DNA of 43,732 bases from Helicobacteraceae bacterium (GTDB lineage: Bacteria > Campylobacterota > Campylobacteria > Campylobacterales > Sulfurimonadaceae). Shown here piece after piece: positions 36,416 through 43,732 of this stretch. Every line of letters starts with the position of its first letter. Position 1 is the stretch's first letter. The position numbers and the translations under genes are program-made. Location: the NCBI GenBank assembly GCA_015484575.1, contig WFND01000064.1, forward strand, positions 1 to 43,732, given 5' to 3'. The notes under the pieces were generated by a model. That model did not search any database. It was not told the origin of the DNA and saw only the letters and a list, made by a program, of their open reading frames with translations.

Positions 36416-37873
36416 TTGAAAAAACGAACAAAAATTATAGCAACTGTAGGACCGGCATCAGATACCATAGAGGCACTAGAGTCATTGATATATGCAGGTG
36501 TTAATGTATTTCGTTTAAATTTTAGCCACGGTACTCATGAGTATCACTCAAATGTTTTAAGCAAGATAAGAGAAGCTATGAAAAATACGAACTTGAGTGT
36601 AGGAGTTTTACAAGATATAAGCGGACCTAAAATTCGTATCGGTGATTTAGAACATCAGTTTGATTTAAAAGAGGGTGATTGTATCACTTTTCATAAAGAG
36701 AGATGTCTGGGAAAACAGACTTCAAAAGGGTGTTTTGAGGTATCCATAAATTATAGTGAGATTTTAGACCAACTTCATGTAGGTGATTATATCTATCTAT
36801 ATGATGGAATTATTCGTACAAAAGTGATAGAAATTTTTTCGGATAAAGTGAGAGTAGAGGTTGAAAACAGCGGTGTTCTATCTTCAAAGAAAGGTGTAAA
36901 TTTTCCAAATACCAGATTGGGAGTCGATGTTTTAACTCAAAAAGATAGATTAGATATGCAGTGGGGAGTTGAAAACGGCGTTGATTTTATGGCTATCTCA
37001 TTTGTTCAAGATGCCAATGATATGCTAAAAGCAAGAGAGATTGTTGACTCTTTAGGCGGCAGACAGATGCTTATAGCAAAGATTGAAAAATTTGATGCTG
37101 TAGAAAATATTGATGAGATTATAAAAGCTTCTGATGGTATTATGGTTGCACGTGGTGATTTAGGTATCGAAGTACCTTATTATGAAGTTCCAAATATTCA
37201 AAAGATGTTAATACACAAAGCCAATGAAGCCTCTATTCCTGTTATAACGGCAACACAGATGCTTTTATCTATGACAAAGAGTGAGAGAGCAACTCGTGCA
37301 GAAATAAGTGATATAGCAAATGCTGTTTTAGATGGTTCTGATGCCGTAATGCTCTCTGAAGAGAGTGCAGTCGGTCTTCATCCATCTTTGGCGGTTAAAA
37401 CTATGTTTGAGACAATTCGTGAAACAGAGATAAATTATCATTATCATAAATTTAATGATTTTAAAAGAAACGATATAACAGACTCTATAGATGAATCAGC
37501 TGTAAGATTATCAAGAGATTTGGATGTTGCCGGTATTTTAACTTTGACTGCTTCAGGCTCTTCGGCTCGAAAATTGGCAAGGTATCGTCCAAAAAAACCA
37601 ATTTATGCTATCACTCACAATGATGTGACAAGGAGACAACTGACGCTTTCATGGGGAATAGTTCCTGTTTTTAGTGTAAGTAAGGAATCTTTTGACATGA
37701 CATTAAGCTCTGTTATGGATTACGGTTTGAAACATAACACATTGAATATTGAAAAGAGCTATATACTTACAGCAGGTGACCCTACCGGTACTCAAGGCTC
37801 TACAAATATGATTAGGCTTTTAAGAAAACATGAAATCCTGTTTTTTCAATCACTAAAAGATAAATCTGTATAA
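36416..37873 (+). CDS. pyk: Pyruvate kinase
   Basis: KKRTKIIATVGPAS, FRLNFSHG, MVARGDLGIE and SEESAVG motifs. The TTG at 36416 (AGG 7 nt upstream) gives the canonical N-terminus. The in-frame TTG at 36395 is an alternative. Confidence 0.92.
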   Translation: MKKRTKIIATVGPASDTIEALESLIYAGVNVFRLNFSHGTHEYHSNVLSKIREAMKNTNLSVGVLQDISGPKIRIGDLEHQFDLKEGDCITFHKERCLGKQTSKGCFEVSINYSEILDQLHVGDYIYLYDGIIRTKVIEIFSDKVRVEVENSGVLSSKKGVNFPNTRLGVDVLTQKDRLDMQWGVENGVDFMAISFVQDANDMLKAREIVDSLGGRQMLIAKIEKFDAVENIDEIIKASDGIMVARGDLGIEVPYYEVPNIQKMLIHKANEASIPVITATQMLLSMTKSERATRAEISDIANAVLDGSDAVMLSEESAVGLHPSLAVKTMFETIRETEINYHYHKFNDFKRNDITDSIDESAVRLSRDLDVAGILTLTASGSSARKLARYRPKKPIYAITHNDVTRRQLTLSWGIVPVFSVSKESFDMTLSSVMDYGLKHNTLNIEKSYILTAGDPTGTQGSTNMIRLLRKHEILFFQSLKDKSV

Positions 37874-37894
37874 TAATTATGTACAATACCGCTT

Positions 37895-38626
37895 ATGTTT
37901 AATATATTTTCATATCCTTTTGTAAGAGTAACTCTATATGCGGTTATTGTAGCTTTGGTTTTGGCATTTAGATTTCCATCATTTCATGATAATAAAAAGA
38001 TGCAAAATCTAAAAAAAACTCCAAACAGTGTCAAGGTTACGCTGTTTTCTCCTGTAAAAACCGAAGTAAAGAGAAAAATTAAACGCAAAAAGATAAAAAA
38101 GAAGATTAAAAGAAAAAAGAAAAAGCCAAAGCAGAAGAAAAAAATAAAAAAAGTTTTAAAGCCAAAAGTGCCTGTTAAAGCCGTAGTTCCTGATAAAAAT
38201 ATAACTAAAACTATAGAAAAAAAGATTGAAACCGTAGAGACGATTAGTAAAGAAGTCGTACAGAGTAAAGAGCCTGTTAAAACACAAGAGCCTCAAGTTA
38301 AAGAGCCTGAAATAGTCAAAATATCATCAGCACAACAAGAGAAAATTAAGCTTTATGAAGAGTATGTGTATAATACGATAAAATCTGAAAAAAGGTATCC
38401 GACAAAAGCTAGACGTATGAGACAGCAAGGCAGTGTCAGAGTACGTTTTTTAATTGACAAGTATGGAGAGATTTTAGAACATAAGATTATAAAATCGAGT
38501 GGTTACAGAACACTTGACAGGGCTACAAACAAGCTTTTTGAGCGTATAGGTAAGTTTGAAGTACCACCGGAAAAACTTGAAACACCTTTTGAATTTAGTA
38601 TTGAGTTGGTATATAGATTAAAATAG
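37895..38626 (+). CDS. tonB: TonB-family energy transducer
   Basis: N-terminal TM anchor, a Lys-rich then Pro/Glu/Lys spacer, and a C-terminal TonB domain (YPTKARRMRQQGSVRVRFLIDKYGEI). Confidence 0.8.
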   Translation: MFNIFSYPFVRVTLYAVIVALVLAFRFPSFHDNKKMQNLKKTPNSVKVTLFSPVKTEVKRKIKRKKIKKKIKRKKKKPKQKKKIKKVLKPKVPVKAVVPDKNITKTIEKKIETVETISKEVVQSKEPVKTQEPQVKEPEIVKISSAQQEKIKLYEEYVYNTIKSEKRYPTKARRMRQQGSVRVRFLIDKYGEILEHKIIKSSGYRTLDRATNKLFERIGKFEVPPEKLETPFEFSIELVYRLK

Positions 38627-38643
38627 GAGTCAAAATGACTCCT
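38625..38643 (+). terminator. Stem-loop AGGAGTCA-AAA-TGACTCCT followed by TTCTT, overlapping the tonB stop codon
   Basis: 8-bp perfect stem and 3-nt loop, read directly. The T-tract is short. The stem also sequesters an AGGAG/ATG pair (see the small ORF). Confidence 0.4.
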
Positions 38644-38715
38644 TTCTTGCCGACAGGCAAAGCTTTAGTGACTGAGTATAATTTGAACTTGTTCAAATTA
38701 TACGAGATTTATTAG
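38635..38715 (+). CDS. Possible 26-codon small ORF MTPFLPTGKALVTEYNLNLFKLYEIY between tonB and exbB
   Basis: It is preceded by the same 15-nt TAGGAGTCAAAATGA that forms the exbB translation-initiation region (38624-38638 vs 38716-38730). Its stop TAG (38713-38715) abuts the second copy. Confidence 0.2.
   Translation: MTPFLPTGKALVTEYNLNLFKLYEIY
38677..38702. promoter_or_regulatory. 26-bp inverted repeat TATAATTTGAAC-TT-GTTCAAATTATA upstream of exbB; candidate promoter/operator
   Basis: Perfect 12-bp arms. Each arm ends in TATAAT, so a -10 hexamer is embedded in an operator-like palindrome 25 nt before the exbB ATG. Confidence 0.4.
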
Positions 38716-38726
38716 TAGGAGTCAAA

Positions 38727-39293
38727 ATGAATGTATTACAGCTGTGGTTAGAGCAGGATTTGGTTATCAGGACTTTGATAATCGCCTTTTTTATAGCAAG
38801 TGTTATTATATTGGAAAAACTTTATCAGCTTGTACGTATGACAGGTATAATTAAAAATCTAAATGCACAACATTTAGAAAAAACAGATATGAGTATTATC
38901 AAAAATGCTATTATCAGCATAGAATCTTTTGCCGACAAAGAGAGAGCTTTATATAATGCAAATATAGGAGTTCAGCTAGAAAAGATAGATGAGTATCTTA
39001 TGAAATACATAGGTATTATAGGTCTTATAGCGATACTTAGCCCTATGTTGGGATTAATAGGAACATTTTTTGGAGTCTGGCATGTGTTTGAGGGTGTAGG
39101 CTCTATTGGATTAAACAATCCCGGTGCAATAGCTCGTGGTATAAAAGAGGTTTTAGCAGATACTATGGCTGGACTTATGGTTGCCATCTATGCCACCATC
39201 GCTTACAGACTTCTTGAGTTGTGGGTTCGCAACTTATCTATTAAATTTGAAGAAAAGCTATATCATTATATCGGATTTAAAGATGAGGCGTAA
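38727..39293 (+). CDS. exbB: MotA/TolQ/ExbB-family proton channel (ExbB by context)
   Basis: 188 aa with three TM segments. The conserved C-terminal block is GLIGTFFGVWHVF ... ALADTMAGLMVAI. Lies between tonB and exbD. Confidence 0.8.
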   Translation: MNVLQLWLEQDLVIRTLIIAFFIASVIILEKLYQLVRMTGIIKNLNAQHLEKTDMSIIKNAIISIESFADKERALYNANIGVQLEKIDEYLMKYIGIIGLIAILSPMLGLIGTFFGVWHVFEGVGSIGLNNPGAIARGIKEVLADTMAGLMVAIYATIAYRLLELWVRNLSIKFEEKLYHYIGFKDEA

Positions 39294-39690
39294 GCGTAGA
39301 GCAATAGATTTTCATCTCGATATTGCTCCTGTAAATCTTATCGATCTTCTTTTGGTATTGCTTATCTTTTTTGTAACTACTACTTCATTTTTACAGCTTC
39401 AGGTGATAGATCTCACCTTGCCAAAAACAGATGCAAGTAAAAAAATTCAACCAAAAGCCGATAAACATTCAATAAATATCGACCTTACATGTAACACATA
39501 CCTAGATAAGAAGATGTTAAGTTTAGATGAGTTGAAAACTGAATTGATAAGTATAAAAAAAATGGGTAAAAAATCATACTTTCGCGTAGGGGCAGACGCT
39601 TCATCTCCTCATGAATGTTTTGTAAAGGTTTTAAACGTTTTACAAAAGGCAGATATAACAGATATACAGATATTAACAAAATTAAAATAG
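39283..39690 (+). CDS. exbD: ExbD/TolR-family biopolymer transport protein
   Basis: Start moved to the ATG at 39283 (MRRKRRAIDFHLDIAPVNLIDLLLVLLIFF), overlapping exbB by 11 nt. The ORF-track start at 39181 lies inside exbB. Confidence 0.8.
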   Translation: MRRKRRAIDFHLDIAPVNLIDLLLVLLIFFVTTTSFLQLQVIDLTLPKTDASKKIQPKADKHSINIDLTCNTYLDKKMLSLDELKTELISIKKMGKKSYFRVGADASSPHECFVKVLNVLQKADITDIQILTKLK

Positions 39691-39698
39691 GTACTTAA

Positions 39699-41600
39699 AT
39701 GCAATATCATACTAAAGCACTCTTTGTTTACGATAATGAAGCACTAGATTGGATTGAACTTGTCAAAAATAGTGACTTACATGTAAAGATAACAAGTTGC
39801 AATATCGAACTTTTTTTACAAGAGCCTCTAAAATATATAAATGAGGGCGAACATCTTATAATTGCTGCAGATACGCAAGAGATAGAGAAATGTTTACATG
39901 TAGCTATAAAACATAGTTTATCTATCGGTTTTTTACCATTTGCACGTCAAAAACAGCTGATACGTCACTACTGTTTATCATCAAATCTACAAAGTAATCT
40001 AAATATTGCTCTTTTACAGAGTGATAACAGTGTAGATTTAATCGAGTGTGGCGATAAGATAATGCAGGTAAAAGCGACGTTTGGCGAGATTCCTTTGGTT
40101 AGTAATATCTCATATAAAAATGGTTTTTTTGCATTTATAGAGAATTTAAAGCGTGGGATAAAAGAGTTTTTTAAAATAACTATGCAAGAGGTTAGTATAA
40201 CTACTGAAAATGATAAAAAGATAAAAACCGTAGTAAGCGGTGGCTCTTTGGTTCAATCATCATACAAGGGCTTCTTCTCAAGAGTCTCAGGTGTCAAACA
40301 CTCTGTAAGAGATTCTCAGGTTAAAATGATTTTAGTATCTCCTTTCTCAGTTATAGAGTATATGAAATTTCTATTTTCAGTAATCTCTTTTTCTAAAAAT
40401 AGTTCAAATTTATCAAATGCTGTAGGTCTAATAAAATCAAAATCAGTTACTATCGAGACTAAACGTTCTAAAAGATTACATATCGACGATAGTTTCCATG
40501 TCTATCTGCCTGTTACATGTAAGATTATCGATTCTGCCGTTAAAGTCAGTGCACCAGAAGAGTTTTGGGAGGCAAATCCAAGTTCGGATCAAAATAAGGA
40601 GTCCATTAAGACAGATAACCTTCCCGATGAAAAAGAGAGTGAAAGATATAGAGATAAGCATATCCCATTTTTTTCATACGCCTCTGAAGAACACTTTAGG
40701 GAGCTGTTTTCTGCTCTGCGAGATGATGCAAATATGCACTCTATATATGTTGTGCTGATGTTACTTAGCACCCTTTTAGCGACTATAGGTCTCTTTGCAA
40801 ACTCTATAGCCGTAGTTATCGGTGCTATGCTTTTAGCTCCTTTGATGGCACCTATCGTATCTCTGTCTATGGGACTATTAAGAGCAGATACCAAACTTTT
40901 AAATGCCTCTTTGATTAAAATATCATGGGGAGTTCTTTTAGCTCTCGGTGCTTCGGCTCTGGTTACATATATTTTGCCAAGCATGGATCTGACTTCTGAG
41001 ATGAAAGCTCGTATAAACCCGACTGTTCTTGATTTGGGAGTGGCTATCATATCCGGCATAGCAGCAGCTTATTCAAAATCTTTTAAAGAGATTATTCAAT
41101 CATTGGCAGGTGTTGCTATCGCTGTGGCACTGGTTCCTCCGCTCTCTACTGCAGGAATTGGTTTGGGCAAGGGTGATATGCTTGTATTTTTACAGGCATT
41201 TTTACTATTTTTTACAAATCTGATAGGCATAACTCTCTCTGCTACTTTAACATTTTTTGTATTGGGATACTCAAGCGTTTTAAAGAGTAAAAAAAGTCTA
41301 ATGCTCATTATGTTAATAATGATATTTATCTCTTTTCCTCTATATACATCATTTCACAAAATAGTTGAAAAAGAGCAGGTATCAAAAGCTACAAGATATG
41401 AGCGTTTTTTAATAAATGGAAAATATATTATCGTAAACAGTGCGACACTTAGATATACAGAAGGAAAAGATGTTTTAGATATTGGATTAAAGGTGCGTGA
41501 GGGGCTAAATCGTAATGATTTATACAAGCTAAAGAGAGAAATTGAGAAAAACTACAAACGTCAACTACGAATAAATGCAAGTGTGGAGTATATATTATGA
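39699..41600 (+). CDS. Fusion protein: degenerate diacylglycerol-kinase-like (DAGK/NAD-kinase fold) N-terminal domain plus a DUF389/TIGR00341 membrane domain
   Basis: The C-terminal half (LLSTLLATIGLFANSIAVVIGAMLLAPLMAPI, AGVAIAVALVPPLSTAGIGLG) matches the DUF389 pattern. The N-terminal ~290 aa align by eye to the YegS/DAGK layout, but with AADTQ in place of GGDGT. Confidence 0.6.
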   Translation: MQYHTKALFVYDNEALDWIELVKNSDLHVKITSCNIELFLQEPLKYINEGEHLIIAADTQEIEKCLHVAIKHSLSIGFLPFARQKQLIRHYCLSSNLQSNLNIALLQSDNSVDLIECGDKIMQVKATFGEIPLVSNISYKNGFFAFIENLKRGIKEFFKITMQEVSITTENDKKIKTVVSGGSLVQSSYKGFFSRVSGVKHSVRDSQVKMILVSPFSVIEYMKFLFSVISFSKNSSNLSNAVGLIKSKSVTIETKRSKRLHIDDSFHVYLPVTCKIIDSAVKVSAPEEFWEANPSSDQNKESIKTDNLPDEKESERYRDKHIPFFSYASEEHFRELFSALRDDANMHSIYVVLMLLSTLLATIGLFANSIAVVIGAMLLAPLMAPIVSLSMGLLRADTKLLNASLIKISWGVLLALGASALVTYILPSMDLTSEMKARINPTVLDLGVAIISGIAAAYSKSFKEIIQSLAGVAIAVALVPPLSTAGIGLGKGDMLVFLQAFLLFFTNLIGITLSATLTFFVLGYSSVLKSKKSLMLIMLIMIFISFPLYTSFHKIVEKEQVSKATRYERFLINGKYIIVNSATLRYTEGKDVLDIGLKVREGLNRNDLYKLKREIEKNYKRQLRINASVEYIL

Positions 41601-42721
41601 TGAAACTTATTGTTGCGGTTAGTCTGATTTTTTTACTCTCATCTTGTGAAAAAGATAGAAAACCTTTACCTAGTGGAAAAAAGATATACGTACAGGTTAT
41701 TGCATCACAAAGTGGTTCTGGAGCTGCATTTGGGCTTCAAGGTCTGCAAGGACTCTTTAGTGCAAAAGATTTAAAACCTCTTCTGCCAAATGGAGATGAA
41801 ATTGTATTTAAAATACAAGATGATAGCTCAGATGTTAAAAAATCACAAAAATATGTTGATATGATAGATAAAAATTCTACGGCACTTTTAACTTTTTGCT
41901 CTAGTGCAACCCAACTTGGTATAATTCCTCAAGTTCAACATAAGAAAATTCCTACATTAGCTGTTATAGCAACTCATGATGACTTTACCAAGGTCTGCTC
42001 ATATATGACTCGTTTAAGTATGTCTAACTCAAGAGAAGCAGAAGTGAGTGCCTCTTACATAAGAGATGAACTGTTGATGAGCCGTGTGGGAATTATATAT
42101 AGTAAAAATAATATCTACTCAAAATCAATATCTGAATATTTTGAGAGAAAATTTAAACAATTAGATGGTGAAGTTGTTTTAAGCAGAAGTATTGAAAGTT
42201 TTAATAACAAAAAAGAGAACTATCAAAAACTTATAGATGATTCAGATCTTGATATTATCTTTTTAAGCACTAATGCTCTTTTGAGCTATAAATTTTTAAA
42301 AGTTTTTAACACTTTGCAAACAGATGTAAAAATTTTTGCCACAGATGGGCTGCTAAGTGATATGCACAAACATTTTCCTAATGATATGGATATTTTAAAC
42401 GGGGTGCTGACTATCGATCACTATTCTCACAGTATGGAGTTTAATGAGCAGTCTAAAATTTTAATAAAATATCTAAAAAAACACAAGTTGTCTCTAAACT
42501 CTTTTACGGGATTAGGATATGAAGCTTATCAGATACTATATGATGCACTGCTTGCATGTAAAACATATAATAGAGAATGTGTTAATAACAAGTTGAGAAA
42601 CTCAAAACTTTTTGACGGTGTTATATCTAATCTTCAAACAGTAGATGGAAATATGCAAAGAGCTATCTATGTAAATGAAATACAAGATGGAAAAATGTTA
42701 CGTAAAGTAAAGGTTTACTAG
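41597..42721 (+). CDS. Lipoprotein with a periplasmic-binding-protein type 1 (LivJ-like) fold
   Basis: Lipobox LLSSC. Size and alternating alpha/beta pattern fit PBP1 but recognition is weak. Start overlaps the upstream stop (ATGATG/TGA). Confidence 0.45.
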   Translation: MMKLIVAVSLIFLLSSCEKDRKPLPSGKKIYVQVIASQSGSGAAFGLQGLQGLFSAKDLKPLLPNGDEIVFKIQDDSSDVKKSQKYVDMIDKNSTALLTFCSSATQLGIIPQVQHKKIPTLAVIATHDDFTKVCSYMTRLSMSNSREAEVSASYIRDELLMSRVGIIYSKNNIYSKSISEYFERKFKQLDGEVVLSRSIESFNNKKENYQKLIDDSDLDIIFLSTNALLSYKFLKVFNTLQTDVKIFATDGLLSDMHKHFPNDMDILNGVLTIDHYSHSMEFNEQSKILIKYLKKHKLSLNSFTGLGYEAYQILYDALLACKTYNRECVNNKLRNSKLFDGVISNLQTVDGNMQRAIYVNEIQDGKMLRKVKVY

Positions 42722-42792
42722 ACGCACAAACCTTAAGTAATAATTTTTATAAGAGATATTGTATAGTATGCAAATTAAAAAAGGTTTAAAAA

Positions 42793-43608
42793 ATGTCTTA
42801 TATACCGATAATCGCAAGAGTTAACTCTCTACCGCCACTACCGGAGTCGGTAGTAAAATTGGAGACACTGTTTGCTCAAGGTGACCCAGATATAGATAAG
42901 TTAGTTAAGATTATAGAATCAGACCCACCGCTAACCGTAGATATTCTCTCAAAAGTAAATGCACCTCTATATAGCTTTAGCCGACAGATTATATCTGTTT
43001 TACAAGCTGTTACACTTTTTGGAAGTGCGAAAATAAGAGCGATGGTGTTATCTTCAACAATAGAGCGAAATTTTGATATTAACTTAAGCCCATACGGCAT
43101 ATCAACAGCAGAATTTGCAAAAATAAGTCTTATGCAGAGTGAATTAACATTTCAGTGGTATATGGGAATAGATGTAGATATAGCAAAATTACTAACACCG
43201 ATTGCTTTTTTAATGGAGACAGGAAAAATACTAATAGCAAGAGATGTTATAGAGAGAAAAAAAGAGGATCAATTTCTTCTTGATGTTCAAAATTTTGAGA
43301 AATTAGAATATGTAGAAAATATACATGTAAATATGACTACCACTCAAATAGATGCTCTGATATTTGAGCATTGGCAGTTAAACAGCACTTTTGTAGAGTG
43401 TATGAAGTACCTTGATAATGAAATTGAAATCCCATCTAGTGTTAAGCAAGAAGTTGATGCCTTGGATATAGTAAGATCAAGTATTAATGTAAAAGAGCAA
43501 TTTAGTGAATCATCAATACAAAATGCAATAGAAAAAGTAGAAGATAATTTTTATGATGTAGATAAATTTATAAACGTACTTAATCGAGTAAAAAATAAAT
43601 ATATGTGA
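42793..43608 (+). CDS. HDOD domain signalling protein
   Basis: LPPLPESVVKLETLF ... DIDKLVKIIESDPPLTVDILSKVNAPLYSFSRQIISVLQAVTLFG is the characteristic HDOD N-terminal region. Confidence 0.8.
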   Translation: MSYIPIIARVNSLPPLPESVVKLETLFAQGDPDIDKLVKIIESDPPLTVDILSKVNAPLYSFSRQIISVLQAVTLFGSAKIRAMVLSSTIERNFDINLSPYGISTAEFAKISLMQSELTFQWYMGIDVDIAKLLTPIAFLMETGKILIARDVIERKKEDQFLLDVQNFEKLEYVENIHVNMTTTQIDALIFEHWQLNSTFVECMKYLDNEIEIPSSVKQEVDALDIVRSSINVKEQFSESSIQNAIEKVEDNFYDVDKFINVLNRVKNKYM

Positions 43609-43677
43609 GAAAATTTCTCATAAATAGCAATAAAATAGAAGTTTTCCCCCAAATTCCAAAATTCTTTCAAAAACCTC

Positions 43678-43706
43678 TTGACATTAATAAAGAATTACTC
43701 TATAAT
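43678..43706 (+). promoter_or_regulatory. Consensus sigma70 promoter: TTGACA, 17-nt spacer, TATAAT, directed out of the right edge
   Basis: TTGACA at 43678-43683, a spacer of exactly 17 nt, and TATAAT at 43701-43706. Phased A-tracts upstream (AAATTCCAAAATTCTTTCAAAAA) look like an UP element. Confidence 0.7.
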
Positions 43707-43732
43707 TCCCGTCCACAAAATGAGTGAAACGC

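Noticed and set aside
38040-38170. Purine-rich, AAG/AAA-repetitive DNA that looks like a simple-sequence repeat.
   Set aside because: It is in frame within tonB and encodes the Lys-rich spacer (KRKIKRKKIKKKIKRKKKKPKQKKKIKK). This is a compositional feature of the protein, not an independent DNA element.
2047-40522. TTACATGTAA as a restriction-enzyme target, MITE/REP element, CRISPR repeat or transcription-factor regulon site.
   Set aside because: R-M targets are depleted, not ~100-fold enriched. There is no conserved sequence beyond about 12 bp, so it is not a mobile element or REP. Spacing is irregular and mostly intragenic, so it is not CRISPR. Twenty-one of 26 copies are inside coding sequence of unrelated genes, so it is not a promoter operator set. 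Methylation by an orphan enzyme remains possible and is kept in the main finding.

Overview
Chromosomal segment of roughly one-third G+C (estimated by eye). Gene content and protein sequences resemble a Campylobacterota (epsilonproteobacterial; Sulfurimonas/Sulfurovum/Arcobacter-like) genome; the taxon is inference.

Left to right:
- dnaK.
- An Omp85-type OMP plus lipoprotein pair with a divergent XRE regulator.
- A DUF1254/DUF1214 protein plus a class A acid phosphatase.
- A Q/N/Y-rich two-repeat orphan.
- A minus-strand envelope-lipid operon: DUF4136 lipoprotein, fatty-acid cis/trans isomerase Cti, small OMP, PAP2-like lipoprotein.
- A plus-strand operon: small secreted protein, porin-like OMP, GGDEF-EAL protein, DUF4105 protein.
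- A ~17.5-kb LPS/lipid A/surface-glycan cluster: msbA, two divergent LtaS-family transferases, UDP-xylose synthase, UDP-GlcA 4-epimerase, five glycosyltransferases, MBOAT plus SGNH-like partner, Kdo/LPS kinase, EptA-type PEtN transferase. A DUF433/DUF5615 toxin-antitoxin pair interrupts it.
- ahpC, pyk, tonB-exbB-exbD, a DAGK-like/DUF389 fusion, a PBP-type lipoprotein and an HDOD protein.
- A textbook sigma70 promoter firing out of the right edge.

No rRNA, tRNA, CRISPR array, IS element or phage gene was recognised.

The most unusual signal is not a gene. The 10-bp palindrome TTACATGTAA occurs 26 times exactly (about 0.6 per kb, roughly 100-fold above a crude composition expectation). Most copies lie inside unrelated genes, where they are read as Leu-His-Val. 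Two closely spaced pairs form hairpins just after dnaK and ahpC. This is the signature expected of a DNA uptake sequence or another genome-wide recognition word.
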